Below, piece by piece: positions 38,260-47,983 of a DNA stretch of 64,000 nt (positions are counted from its first letter, which is position 1; each line of letters begins with the position of its first letter). Position numbers and translations under genes: made by a program. The notes under the pieces are model-generated. The model ran no database searches. It was given only the letters and a program-made list of their open reading frames with translations, and was not told the DNA's origin. The DNA is taken from positions 11,971-75,970 of the IMG/VR virus record IMGVR_UViG_3300031861_000001; one strand, given 5' to 3'. Source of the DNA: a virus. Its lineage: Duplodnaviria; Caudoviricetes.

Positions 38260-38576
38260 TCAGTCTCAGCTAAAAATTGTGGTTTTAACTTATCACCATT
38301 TTCAAATTGATATTCGGCTTGTTTTAGCTGATATTTAAGAGCTTTATTTACTAATTGATTAAATGTTATATCCTCTTCATGAGCCATTAACATTAAATCA
38401 AATAATTCTTTTTCAGGTAAATCTATTTCTACAGATTCTTGTTTATCTTCTTTATTTTTGAGATCGGACTGGTCTTGTTGCATAAAAATTCTCTCGGCTT
38501 CTTTCAACGAACAATTATGTTCTCTAGCTATTTCTGGTAAACGCTCACCATAAAACCAGGATGCGTTATCACTCAT
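38256..38576 (-). CDS. Hypothetical protein (possible ribbon-helix-helix C-terminus)
   Basis: LMLMAHEEDITFNQLVNKAL. Confidence 0.55.
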   Translation of the reverse strand: MSDNASWFYGERLPEIAREHNCSLKEAERIFMQQDQSDLKNKEDKQESVEIDLPEKELFDLMLMAHEEDITFNQLVNKALKYQLKQAEYQFENGDKLKPQFLAETE

Positions 38577-38577
38577 A

Positions 38578-39621
38578 TTATTCTAGGGTTAAGGATTCAT
38601 TATACAGGTTTCTCATCAAAATGTCAAGTCTTTTTTTATTAACAGTTGTATCTAAACCTTCAATATATGTGGATAAAATTGTCATGGTATCTTGTGCTTC
38701 ATCAACGATATCATCAGTGTCATCAAGTTCAGCAAATGCCTCAACCACACTAATATCACCAACTCCAGATTTATACATTTTATCCAAAACAAGATCAAAA
38801 AGAAACGGATTCGTTTTATTTTCAACAATAATTTTTATATAACATTGTTGCCAATCATCAAAATCCATTTGATTGACTTCTTCAGGGGTCCATTCTAAAT
38901 CATTATAATAAAATTTATGAAACATTTCATAAGGATTTTGAATGAAAGTCAATTCTCTTGAATCATGATTAAAAATATGGAATCCACGAGGATCCTTATA
39001 ATCCATCCAATTTGTCTGATAGGGATTACCTGTATAATAAATGGTTCCATTATCACTTTTATGATGAAAGTGTCCACTAAACACCATATCAAATTTTTCA
39101 AATAATTTACGATCTAATCCTTCTGTGCAGAATTGGCCTCTAATCATTTCGAAACCGCTGATTTCAAAATGACCAAATAATACTTGATGTTCTGTATTTT
39201 TTATTAAATTGATACTTTCTTCATAATTATCATTACATACCCATGGCATCAAAACACAATTTTCCATTTCAATTGCATTTGTAAATACCTTAATATTATC
39301 ATATTCCTTTAAAAGTAATTCAACTGAATTCACTTCATTTGTTGTCTTATAAAAGGTATCGTGATTACCTGCTAACATCCAACATTCAAGATTATTCTCT
39401 TTTAAGGGATCAAAGAAATATTTTTTAGCATCATATAATGTTTTATAGTTGACAAACTTTCGTCTATCAAATACATCACCCATATGAATAACATGTGATA
39501 TGTTATGTTCTTTTAAATAAGGGAAAAAAATATCTTTATAAAACTTAGCAAAAAAATTACTAAAGGCTAAGCTATCGTTTCTGGCACCGAAATGAGTATC
39601 GGTAATAATAGCTGATATCAT
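38578..39621 (-). CDS. gp47: gp47 recombination nuclease subunit (Mre11-like)
   Basis: ITDTHFG, HMGDVFD, AGNHD, GHFE, SGHFH. Confidence 0.97.
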   Translation of the reverse strand: MISAIITDTHFGARNDSLAFSNFFAKFYKDIFFPYLKEHNISHVIHMGDVFDRRKFVNYKTLYDAKKYFFDPLKENNLECWMLAGNHDTFYKTTNEVNSVELLLKEYDNIKVFTNAIEMENCVLMPWVCNDNYEESINLIKNTEHQVLFGHFEISGFEMIRGQFCTEGLDRKLFEKFDMVFSGHFHHKSDNGTIYYTGNPYQTNWMDYKDPRGFHIFNHDSRELTFIQNPYEMFHKFYYNDLEWTPEEVNQMDFDDWQQCYIKIIVENKTNPFLFDLVLDKMYKSGVGDISVVEAFAELDDTDDIVDEAQDTMTILSTYIEGLDTTVNKKRLDILMRNLYNESLTLE

Positions 39622-40202
39622 GTGGTTGGTTCAGCCTCTACCATATAGGGCATTAATGTATTAGCACCTTTACTAGGTTTTTTTGCCTTTTTTGCTTTTG
39701 CTTCTTCAAAGTCACCTACAAATTTATACATATTTGCCTTTTGCTCTTCAGATAAAACTTCGTAATTAAACGCGCCATCTGAATCGTGTTCTGAAAGTAC
39801 AACACTGTCCGATAACATACCATTGTTATGTATGGACTTGTATTTTATATATAATTGTTTCTTTTCTTTTTGAATACGTCTTATAAAGGCAAAATAAATG
39901 ATTTGTGTAAAATATGAAAAGGGATTGGATGATTTTTCCGGGTTAAAGTTATGGGCAGCTTGAACACAATTTTCAATGCCATCAGATATCATTTCATCTC
40001 TAAATGCATAATTAACAAAGTTTGGTCTTAAACTTAATCTTTCTGCTATCTTCATAAAACACTCTCCAATATAATCTGGTATAATTGGTACCAATTCTTC
40101 AGAATCCTTTTCCTTCACTTCCGCACAATAATTTTTATAAGCAACCATTTCTAGATGGAACTTCTTATTATCTACATAATGTATTGATTTCTTTTTGGCC
40201 AT
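39618..40202 (-). CDS. gp55: gp55 late sigma factor
   Basis: HYVDNKKF, YIGECFMKIA, DEMISDGIENC, NPFSYFTQI. Confidence 0.97.
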   Translation of the reverse strand: MAKKKSIHYVDNKKFHLEMVAYKNYCAEVKEKDSEELVPIIPDYIGECFMKIAERLSLRPNFVNYAFRDEMISDGIENCVQAAHNFNPEKSSNPFSYFTQIIYFAFIRRIQKEKKQLYIKYKSIHNNGMLSDSVVLSEHDSDGAFNYEVLSEEQKANMYKFVGDFEEAKAKKAKKPSKGANTLMPYMVEAEPTT

Positions 40203-40205
40203 AAT

Positions 40206-40349
40206 TTATTTCCCTTGCCCCCTGTATCTTTTCCAGTTAGCTCTTTGAGATTTATTTTTAGGTGTACTCCGTCGAGATTTACCGATACTGGTTCTCTTTT
40301 TTCCACCTATTTTTTTACTAAAGGTTATACCTTGTCTACTTCTTGCCAC
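40206..40349 (-). CDS. Small basic protein (47 aa, GTG start, ends RYRGQGK)
   Basis: Manual translation MARSRQGITFSKKIGGKKRTSIGKSRRSTPKNKSQRANWKRYRGQGK; fills the gap before gp55. Confidence 0.65.
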   Translation of the reverse strand: MARSRQGITFSKKIGGKKRTSIGKSRRSTPKNKSQRANWKRYRGQGK

Positions 40350-41706
40350 GTGCCTTTTTGCTTACTTTCTTTTTAGGTTTAATTTTAGGTTTAGCTTTTG
40401 TTAATGCTTCCTTGATAACTTTTTTCACTGGGGCCTTTTTAATAGGTGCTTCCTGTGAAAAGCTTCCGGATATTTCATCTTCCGCATTTTCTGCTTGTAA
40501 TTCAACTTCTATCTTCTTTTTGATAGGTAAAATATTACTCAAATCTGCTTTTGTAGCTTTATTTGCATCTTTGATTAGTGCTTCTTTGTAAACAACAGCA
40601 GTATGTGAATTAAAAGAATCTACATCAGATTCTAACTTTTGCATTTTTTCAAGATTATTATAATTAGTTACTTTCCAGTAAGCAATAGATTTTTGCATTG
40701 TACTTCTAGTAGATAAATCATCAATATCAACATCTGCAATATGAGTTGGTTCAAACAATCTAATTGCTTTATTGTGAAATTGACAATGTTGTGCTGAATA
40801 ATCTCTATGAAGAACCATGCTTCTTGGAGGAAAAATTGTAACTGTAGGAGTTCCAATATGTTGTGCTAAGTACGAAAAACCACCCCTTGATGATACTAAC
40901 ATTGTAGCTTTAGATATTTTTGTAAACAATTGATTTGGTGTCATGGAATAAGTAAGATATTCTAAACTATAACCAGCTTTCTTTAAAGCTTTTTCTAAAC
41001 TACTCCAATATGCGTTAACTTCCTTTTCATCTTGTGATATCATTTTATCACCAATATTTGCAAAAGAATAATTGTCTATTAAATTCCAATCCCTAGGAGG
41101 TGAATATCTGTAAATAACAACATTCTTTTCTTTAGGAAGTGTCCACTGTAATTTTGTAGGAAACCACTCCATTTGCATTGAAAGAGGAACAAACCAATAT
41201 TGTTCTAAATTAACAGGAACATATTTGCTCCACATTCTTCGATAATTTCTATCAGTATGTTTCATCAATGCCTTACCACGAAAAGCACTTTTATATGTTC
41301 TCAAAATATTCCCAAATGACCGACGAATTTTAACATACTGATATTCAATATTTGATTGCCACTGTTTATGAATCAAATATTCAATCTTATCAATTGTTGT
41401 TTCTTTATTATTAAAACCTTTTTTATAATGAGTATCGTCAACTAAAATTTTTATTTTAATAGGTCTTAATTCATTTAACCATAACCAATAATTTAAATTA
41501 CAAGAAATATCACCGTATCCAAAATCAGTAACACAATTAATCCATCTGGACAAATCTAAACCAATAGTATTTTTAAAAACAGAATCAATACTAGTTGTAT
41601 GGATATATTCATGTTCTAGTTGATGATAAGGTGTCCACCTATTACTGGGTAATAAGATCTTATCATCATCGAACAATACTTCAATAGCTTTCTTTTTAAT
41701 AGACAT
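40336..41706 (-). CDS. GT-B glycosyltransferase-like protein (GT9-like C-terminal motif) with Lys/Pro/Ala-rich tail
   Basis: FGYGD near the N-terminus, ISKATMLVSSRGGFSYLAQHIGTPTVTIF, tail KKAPVKK...KPKKKVSKKARGKK. Confidence 0.55.
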   Translation of the reverse strand: MSIKKKAIEVLFDDDKILLPSNRWTPYHQLEHEYIHTTSIDSVFKNTIGLDLSRWINCVTDFGYGDISCNLNYWLWLNELRPIKIKILVDDTHYKKGFNNKETTIDKIEYLIHKQWQSNIEYQYVKIRRSFGNILRTYKSAFRGKALMKHTDRNYRRMWSKYVPVNLEQYWFVPLSMQMEWFPTKLQWTLPKEKNVVIYRYSPPRDWNLIDNYSFANIGDKMISQDEKEVNAYWSSLEKALKKAGYSLEYLTYSMTPNQLFTKISKATMLVSSRGGFSYLAQHIGTPTVTIFPPRSMVLHRDYSAQHCQFHNKAIRLFEPTHIADVDIDDLSTRSTMQKSIAYWKVTNYNNLEKMQKLESDVDSFNSHTAVVYKEALIKDANKATKADLSNILPIKKKIEVELQAENAEDEISGSFSQEAPIKKAPVKKVIKEALTKAKPKIKPKKKVSKKARGKK

Positions 41707-41735
41707 ATTATACCCTATTTCTGGAATAAAATCAA
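41707..41735 (-). promoter_or_regulatory. Sigma70-type promoter TTGATT-N17-TATAAT
   Basis: Read directly; the -10 box abuts the ATG at 41706. Confidence 0.55.
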
Positions 41736-41750
41736 GGGTTTATTTTTTCC

Positions 41751-41779
41751 TTGACATTTTATTAAAAATATATTATAAT
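41751..41779 (+). promoter_or_regulatory. Perfect sigma70 promoter TTGACA-N17-TATAAT, antisense to uvsW
   Basis: ttgaca 41751-41756, 17-nt spacer, tataat 41774-41779. Confidence 0.7.
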
Positions 41780-41811
41780 TAATATGTTGTCGCCACAGGG
41801 AATATATTATT

Positions 41812-43260
41812 CTAAAATCCAATGTGAAACATACGATATTTAAATTGTTGTTCATTATATTGTGAAATTCTTTCTTTAAAATGTTTAAGTGTATAATTGG
41901 TATACGACTTATAACATAAATCATCAGCAATATCATATAATGTAGCTTCTTCCTTTTTACTTCCTTTTCTTAATCCTCTACCTATTGACTGTAAATTTCT
42001 TATTTTAGATTTACTAGGGCTAGCAAAAATGATATTATGAAGATTCCTAATATTAATACCAGTGCTAAAGGTACCAAAGCTTGCGATAATGATAGCATCT
42101 TTTTCTGATTCAGTAATTCTTCTGACTTCTTCTCTTTCAGATCCATCTACTCCTCCATGAATGAAAAACACTCTTCTATTACTATTTACCTTTTCTAGTA
42201 TTATATTATATAATATTTCTCCATGTTTTTCAACGAATTGATATAATAATAATGTATTTCCTTTTTGATCACATGCAAGGTTTCGAATAAAATTATTTCG
42301 TTTTGTATGATTAATGAGGAAGGCAATTTCATCTTGATAACTAAATTTTTTAGCTTCTAACTTTTCCGCTTCACTATATCTTAATACTATACATTGTATT
42401 GAAAATTGAGCTAAGTATCCTGCATCAATTAAATCTTTAGTTTGTGTTACTTGATGAACAGGACCAAATAATCCTTCAAGAATTAATTTATGTGTTTGTG
42501 AATCGTCCAGGGTTCCTGTAGTTCCAAATTTCCAACGACAGTTTTTTAGCTTGCTCATTACTGAGGTCAAAGACTTTGCTTTAAATAAATGTGCTTCATC
42601 CCCAATCATAAAGCTAAACTCATTAAAATAATTTTTTGGCAAATCATAGATAGATTGCCAAGTAGAAATTACGACTTGTTTATTAGTTTCTTTTTCTGCG
42701 CCGGCTGTGATTACATGGCAATGTTCGGAAACATTCCAGTCGTCACTATATTCTTGAAAATCTGTATACATTTGTTGTGTTAGCGATACAGTTGGCACCA
42801 CTATTAAACTCCTCGTATTAAAATACCGTAATAACAAATATATAATAAAAGACTTACCAGACGCTGTAGGAGATAAAAGTAAACATCTATCCATATTAAT
42901 ACAGTGTCTAACAGCCTGTAATTGATAATCTCTCGGAGTTAAGTTTAAATTAAGACGTTCACAAAATCTAGTGCAATCAATATCACTAAAATTATTATTC
43001 CCGAGCGTAATGCTTTCATCAATTTGTAACTCATAGTTCCCTGCTTCACAGAACTTTTTAACGTATTCATATAATCCATAGTACAGTTGTCTTTTTCTAA
43101 CATCGAATAATCTTATTTTTCCATCCCAAAAACCATTTCTATAAGATGGAGTAAATTTTGCATTTGGAATTTCAAACGTAAAATAATCATTTAACTCTGC
43201 TGCTTGTGAAGCATCACAGTCAATGAATATATGAACATCATCTACTTTACGTACCCTCAT
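41812..43260 (-). CDS. uvsW: UvsW SF2 helicase
   Basis: SPTASGKS, GDEAH, GTTGT, FSTGINI, QSIGRGLR. Confidence 0.96.
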   Translation of the reverse strand: MRVRKVDDVHIFIDCDASQAAELNDYFTFEIPNAKFTPSYRNGFWDGKIRLFDVRKRQLYYGLYEYVKKFCEAGNYELQIDESITLGNNNFSDIDCTRFCERLNLNLTPRDYQLQAVRHCINMDRCLLLSPTASGKSFIIYLLLRYFNTRSLIVVPTVSLTQQMYTDFQEYSDDWNVSEHCHVITAGAEKETNKQVVISTWQSIYDLPKNYFNEFSFMIGDEAHLFKAKSLTSVMSKLKNCRWKFGTTGTLDDSQTHKLILEGLFGPVHQVTQTKDLIDAGYLAQFSIQCIVLRYSEAEKLEAKKFSYQDEIAFLINHTKRNNFIRNLACDQKGNTLLLYQFVEKHGEILYNIILEKVNSNRRVFFIHGGVDGSEREEVRRITESEKDAIIIASFGTFSTGINIRNLHNIIFASPSKSKIRNLQSIGRGLRKGSKKEEATLYDIADDLCYKSYTNYTLKHFKERISQYNEQQFKYRMFHIGF

Positions 43261-43700
43261 GATCCCATTGTAAATTTTAAAAAGTCAATTGCAGATCTTA
43301 TATTATATCCTCTAGTATTTAGGGACTTGATAATTGATTCTAAAAATTCCACTTTAAGTTTTGTATATTCTAATTTTTCATCTGCTTTAATCAAATCTTC
43401 ATCCCCTGCAAGATATGTTTCTATTTTAGGTTCATATCCTTTAATTATTTTGAACATAAATGGTTCCCAACCAAGTTTTTCTAATTCTTCCTGACTCATT
43501 TTACCTGCGTAATAAATGGTCTTTATTTTTAGAAGTTTCTTTTTTTCATAGAATAATTTTTTTTGTTGGAGGGCTTCATCATTATATATTCCCAAATATT
43601 TACTGTGGAGGTTAGGAATCTTTAACAGTTCTACATCTAATTTTGTATCATCGAGTTGACAATCTTTTTGCCAAATCTCTTGAATTTCACTTAATTTCAT
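43257..43700 (-). CDS. uvsY: UvsY recombination mediator
   Basis: IPNLHSKY, RGYNIRSAIDFLKF. Confidence 0.9.
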   Translation of the reverse strand: MKLSEIQEIWQKDCQLDDTKLDVELLKIPNLHSKYLGIYNDEALQQKKLFYEKKKLLKIKTIYYAGKMSQEELEKLGWEPFMFKIIKGYEPKIETYLAGDEDLIKADEKLEYTKLKVEFLESIIKSLNTRGYNIRSAIDFLKFTMGS

Positions 43701-43704
43701 ATTA

Positions 43705-44229
43705 TTATTTGTCTGATGGATTTAACCTTGTCATTTCGTAGTAGTTATATTGAAAAGAGATATCTGCAGTTAAATATGTGATTTCTGATGCTGTTATATC
43801 CATACTAATGGATGATATAGTTTTGGGCCATACATCAAAAAAATCAAATCTTAATGCTGGATTTTTGGAACCGGTAAGAATAAACAAAGATGCATTTGTT
43901 TTAATTTTTTCTGCTATTTTAGCTCTTGCATATTGTCGAAAACTTTCAGGCTTACCTAATCCAATTATCCATTGTTGAATTTCCTGCCAATTGTGCATAT
44001 ATTCATCAACAATCATTGTTATAGAAAATTCATCATATGTAAGATTATCGCCGGCTACCCAATGTTGCCTGTGAGGAGTTGCTACTGGAACTTCTGAAAT
44101 AGAAACTCCAGGTATATTTGCAGTTTGACAGTAAAATTGTGTTTCAGGTAGATTTGTACATACAAACCTAAAACCGGTAGGTGAAAGGTAATTAATATTA
44201 TCTGGTTGTTTTACAGCAGTGGTAACCAT
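43705..44229 (-). CDS. gp3: gp3 tail completion / terminator protein
   Basis: NYLSPTGFRF, FYCQTANIPG, GDNLTYDEF, F.DVWP..I. Confidence 0.88.
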   Translation of the reverse strand: MVTTAVKQPDNINYLSPTGFRFVCTNLPETQFYCQTANIPGVSISEVPVATPHRQHWVAGDNLTYDEFSITMIVDEYMHNWQEIQQWIIGLGKPESFRQYARAKIAEKIKTNASLFILTGSKNPALRFDFFDVWPKTISSISMDITASEITYLTADISFQYNYYEMTRLNPSDK

Positions 44230-44246
44230 TTAAACTTTCTGGACAC

Positions 44247-44280
44247 AAAAAAAGGGTAAGGAATTCTAGACCCCTTACCC
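44247..44280 (-). terminator. Rho-independent terminator after gp23
   Basis: GGGTAAGG-11 nt loop-CCTTACCC followed by T7 on the minus strand. Confidence 0.85.
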
Positions 44281-44281
44281 T

Positions 44282-44289
44282 TATTTATA
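44282..44289 (-). promoter_or_regulatory. T4-type late promoter TATAAATA (for gp3)
   Basis: Exact consensus. Confidence 0.8.
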
Positions 44290-44309
44290 CCACTTAATTT
44301 AATACAAGA

Positions 44310-45638
44310 TTACATCAAGTTTGTAACTAGACATCGTCTGTAATAAACGTTTGTGTTATATGTGAGTGATCCATCACTGGATGCAGCGGTTCCTGTTGAG
44401 AAAGGATTCGATACCATTCCGTATCGTGTTTTGAATCCAATCTTTGGCTGGAAGGAATTCTCACCAACCGCACGTACCATTTGTAGTGGAACGTATGGGC
44501 AATAGAAAAGTCCTGCGTCATAAGCTGACGAACCTTTATATCCAATCACAAACCAATTTGTATCTTGGATTGTAGCATATGGATCAACATATACTTTGTA
44601 ACGACCATTAAGAGTACCAGCAAAAGTTGATTGTGTATCATCAACATTCAACGATCCACCTGGAACGGCAGATTGATAATCAAGTACACCAGCCATTTGC
44701 AATGCGGAAGCAACATCCGAAGAAGTCATAAGGATATTACCTTTTCCTCTACGTGTGTCGTGCCCGATAGCATTAGCTTCGCGCTCAATCTGGAACATTA
44801 GTCCCTTAAATTTTTCAACCATCCAACGACCGTTTGAATCAACATCCATATCGAATGTCCCGGCTGTGGCTACGTTGTTCTGGGCACCAGTTTTGGCGTT
44901 ACCATAAATTGTTCGGATAACTTCGCGGTTAATTTCCGATAGAATCTCTGAACTTAAAATATTAGAAAGTTCAGTTTCAGCATCAAGACCATGAATTGCT
45001 TTTAAGTCTTGAGCCAATTCCATTGTATATTCGCCTTTAAGTGCGCGTGTTTTCGCTGTAACAGTTACCTTATCGATTGAAAAGGCCATTTCAGCAAAAG
45101 CATTTGCAGCACTATCGCCCATTGCTTCACCTAAAGTCGTAGTCATTCCACGACCTGGGAGATATGCAAGTGAACTAGTTGAGGCAGCCGCAGGGTTACC
45201 ATTGGAAGTGTGTGCTGATGTTGCAGCAGCGTTTCCACCAGTAATACCGGAATCAGCTTCACTGAAAAGTGCTTCTGAACCAGTTTGACTAGCATAACGG
45301 GACTTCATGGCGAAAATTAAGCCAGTAGGACCTGTCATAGGTTGAACACCGCAAACATCGTATGCGATTAAGAGAGGCATACTTCTGCGAACCAAGGAAA
45401 TAAGTACTGGGTCATAACCTTTGATATTTCCAGCAGTAGTACCCATACCGGCACCAACTGCGTTCGTAGGAGAACTCTCAAATAAAAGCGAAGACCCGCC
45501 TTCTTCCTGAATTGACTTCTCTTCATTCTCTAACAGAACTGCTGTAACAGCTTTCCTGTAAGAATCTTGAATTGCGGGAAGATCAGGATGGTCGAGTACA
45601 GGACCCCACTTCTCTTGTAAATTTTCTGACAAAAACAT
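44310..45638 (-). CDS. gp23: gp23 major capsid protein
   Basis: LQEKWGPVLDH, YDPVLISLVRR, VQPMTGPTGLIFAM, FYCPYVPL, FQPKIGFKTRYG. Confidence 0.98.
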   Translation of the reverse strand: MFLSENLQEKWGPVLDHPDLPAIQDSYRKAVTAVLLENEEKSIQEEGGSSLLFESSPTNAVGAGMGTTAGNIKGYDPVLISLVRRSMPLLIAYDVCGVQPMTGPTGLIFAMKSRYASQTGSEALFSEADSGITGGNAAATSAHTSNGNPAAASTSSLAYLPGRGMTTTLGEAMGDSAANAFAEMAFSIDKVTVTAKTRALKGEYTMELAQDLKAIHGLDAETELSNILSSEILSEINREVIRTIYGNAKTGAQNNVATAGTFDMDVDSNGRWMVEKFKGLMFQIEREANAIGHDTRRGKGNILMTSSDVASALQMAGVLDYQSAVPGGSLNVDDTQSTFAGTLNGRYKVYVDPYATIQDTNWFVIGYKGSSAYDAGLFYCPYVPLQMVRAVGENSFQPKIGFKTRYGMVSNPFSTGTAASSDGSLTYNTNVYYRRCLVTNLM

Positions 45639-45684
45639 CGTTATCTCCTGAATGTTTTATTATAAACTATTAAAGTTGTTATTA

Positions 45685-46974
45685 TTATCTAACTTGTCGT
45701 GAAATAGCCGACATGTATCTATCCATTCCCTCTTGTAAATGAGTGGGAGTGGTTTCATCATCACTTGATGTTTCTACATCTTCGATACTCGCTGACTTGT
45801 CTTCTGTTGGAAAATAATTTTCCTTCAGTACTTCAACCTTCTGTTCAAAGTCATCTGCATCTTCAGCATCTACATTTTCAGCCAATTCCGCTACTTTTTC
45901 TTTTTGGGTTTCAGTTAAGTCTTTTGTAATAGCACCTAAGACTTTATCTTTTTTAAACTTTGTAAGTTCTGTTTGAACTTCTATGTTCTTTTGGATCTGA
46001 TTGTTAAGTTGCTCTTCCAATCCTTCTACTTTTGTGAACAGATCGTCAACAACATCAACTTTCTCTTCTGGGATTGTAATATAGTGCTCTGTAAACAGAT
46101 CTTTAAGACCAACTAAGAATCCTTCAGTCAATTCTGTGCGAATTCCTTTTTCAATGGCAAGTTTATTTTCCTTGACCCATTCTTCAGAAACGTAGTTAAG
46201 ATAGCTGTCTACCTTATTAACAATTTCTTCTTTGTATTCGTCGATCTCTTCTGCAAGTTGAGTTTGAATTTTTTCTTCGAGCTCTTGCTCTTTCTCAACT
46301 ACTATTTGATTAACTTTAGCTTGGACGGCTGCTTCAAAGATAGTACTAGCCTTTTCTTTGAAAGCATCTGAAAGTTCTTCACCTTCAGTTAACGCATCGA
46401 TATCATCTTGAACATCAAGAGGTTTGGTGTCAGTTTCTTCCTCCGTATTCTCTTGTATGCTTAGGGAACCAAGAATAGATTCGAAATTTGCGGCAATCTG
46501 ATCTTTTTTCAATTTGCCTAATTTTTCATAAACAGCAGCCATCATTCCGGCTTTTGTTTTAGGCTGTAGATCTTCTTTTACCTTATCCATTGGTTCGCCC
46601 TTATCAGAGTTTTTAGCTTTACCCTTAACTGGGTTACCCATGGCTGTTCCGGAGCCTTTTACTTGGTTTGGATCAGCAGGTTCAGAACCGTGGTCACCTT
46701 CTACTTTTTCAGCAGAATCGCCTTTTCCGGGTTTGGGTTTATTGTCCGCCTCTTGTACCTTTTTGCGTGCTTCCTGAACAAGACCTATCTCTTCCAATAA
46801 CTCATCTGTCTCTTGGGAAGATAGACCTTCTTCTACGCATCGTGTTTTAATTTGTTCAACGAGCTCTTCCCTTGCCTCGCCGTCTAATTCCAATGCTTGT
46901 TGAGCTAAAGTTTCTAGTTCATTCACACTATTGGCAAGAGACTGCTGTTTTTGGACAGTTTCTTGTTCAGACAT
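45685..46974 (-). CDS. gp22: gp22 prohead core scaffold
   Basis: FKEKASTIFEAAV, YLNYVSEEW..EN.LAIE.GIRTE, position. Confidence 0.93.
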   Translation of the reverse strand: MSEQETVQKQQSLANSVNELETLAQQALELDGEAREELVEQIKTRCVEEGLSSQETDELLEEIGLVQEARKKVQEADNKPKPGKGDSAEKVEGDHGSEPADPNQVKGSGTAMGNPVKGKAKNSDKGEPMDKVKEDLQPKTKAGMMAAVYEKLGKLKKDQIAANFESILGSLSIQENTEEETDTKPLDVQDDIDALTEGEELSDAFKEKASTIFEAAVQAKVNQIVVEKEQELEEKIQTQLAEEIDEYKEEIVNKVDSYLNYVSEEWVKENKLAIEKGIRTELTEGFLVGLKDLFTEHYITIPEEKVDVVDDLFTKVEGLEEQLNNQIQKNIEVQTELTKFKKDKVLGAITKDLTETQKEKVAELAENVDAEDADDFEQKVEVLKENYFPTEDKSASIEDVETSSDDETTPTHLQEGMDRYMSAISRQVR

Positions 46975-47007
46975 TTACAATCTCCTATGAATATTAATTA
47001 CTGTATA

Positions 47008-47015
47008 TATTTATA
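47008..47015 (-). promoter_or_regulatory. T4-type late promoter TATAAATA (for gp22-23)
   Basis: Exact consensus. Confidence 0.85.
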
Positions 47016-47018
47016 AAA

Positions 47019-47672
47019 TTAAAGTCTTGATAAAAACTTTTCAAAGGAGTCAACGTAAATAGAATCGTCCCTGTTCTTTTTAGCAAATTCTTTAACTATA
47101 TCGTTTTTGATTTCTTGAACTTCAGCTTCTTTTAAAATGCCGTTTTCCCAAATCCATTCTTTGCCTTCCATTATGCCTTCTACGAAAGCCATGGGGGCTG
47201 ATGGATCTGCGACAATATCTCCAGCTGTTGCAAGATGAAAATCATTTTGTACTATTTGAGCACCACCTGCAGTTTTCAGAGAACCCATTCCTCTGGAACT
47301 TACACCTAATTTCGCACCTTCGTCAATTAGGTTTTTAACAATTTTTCCGTATGGAGTTTCCATAATTTTCGCCTTACCCATAAAATTGGGGCCATCTTGT
47401 TTTAACTCTTTAATCATGTGTGAAACTCTTTCCAGATTAATTGTAGGGCCATCTGGATGACCTAGTTCGCCGAATGCCCTATTTGTTTTAATGTATTGGT
47501 TACTATAGCGATCTACTTCTTTTGCCATAGTTTCCATAGGGTAAATGCGACCATTTCGGTTTTTTTGTTCTGCTTGAAGAAAAACGCCTTTAATGAAATA
47601 ATTCTTTTCTTTTCCCTCTGGTGATTCAACCAAAGTTTCGACATTTTCGTTAATTTCGCATATTAGCTTCAT
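47019..47672 (-). CDS. gp21: gp21 prohead protease
   Basis: NRNGRIYP, GELGHP, LGVSSRGMGS, DIVADPSAP. Confidence 0.96.
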   Translation of the reverse strand: MKLICEINENVETLVESPEGKEKNYFIKGVFLQAEQKNRNGRIYPMETMAKEVDRYSNQYIKTNRAFGELGHPDGPTINLERVSHMIKELKQDGPNFMGKAKIMETPYGKIVKNLIDEGAKLGVSSRGMGSLKTAGGAQIVQNDFHLATAGDIVADPSAPMAFVEGIMEGKEWIWENGILKEAEVQEIKNDIVKEFAKKNRDDSIYVDSFEKFLSRL

Positions 47673-47681
47673 CGTTTTTCC

Positions 47682-47948
47682 TTAATAACTTGATCGTGCT
47701 ACTGGTGTATATTGAGCATTCGTAACACTACACTTAATGAATTGGTCTGCGTCTTTTTGTATAATTTGAGTTACACTTGCCGGTAATGAAATAGACCCAA
47801 CTACTGTTCCGTTAGTATTACCTTCAGTTCCATCACTATCTATGATAGTAATTAATGTAACAGCGGTAGTAGTTACTGCCACAGCAGTAGCGTTTCCTAA
47901 ACTTAAATTTGTTGCTGTACTAACAGTATTTGCAGCTTTTAATTTCAT
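47682..47948 (-). CDS. Hypothetical head-region protein
   Basis: Between gp67-like and gp21; has its own late promoter. Confidence 0.6.
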   Translation of the reverse strand: MKLKAANTVSTATNLSLGNATAVAVTTTAVTLITIIDSDGTEGNTNGTVVGSISLPASVTQIIQKDADQFIKCSVTNAQYTPVARSSY

Positions 47949-47975
47949 ATCTATATTTCCTAAAGTGTATAGTTT

Positions 47976-47983
47976 TATTTATA
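47976..47983 (-). promoter_or_regulatory. T4-type late promoter TATAAATA
   Basis: Exact consensus, overlapping the upstream stop codon. Confidence 0.75.
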
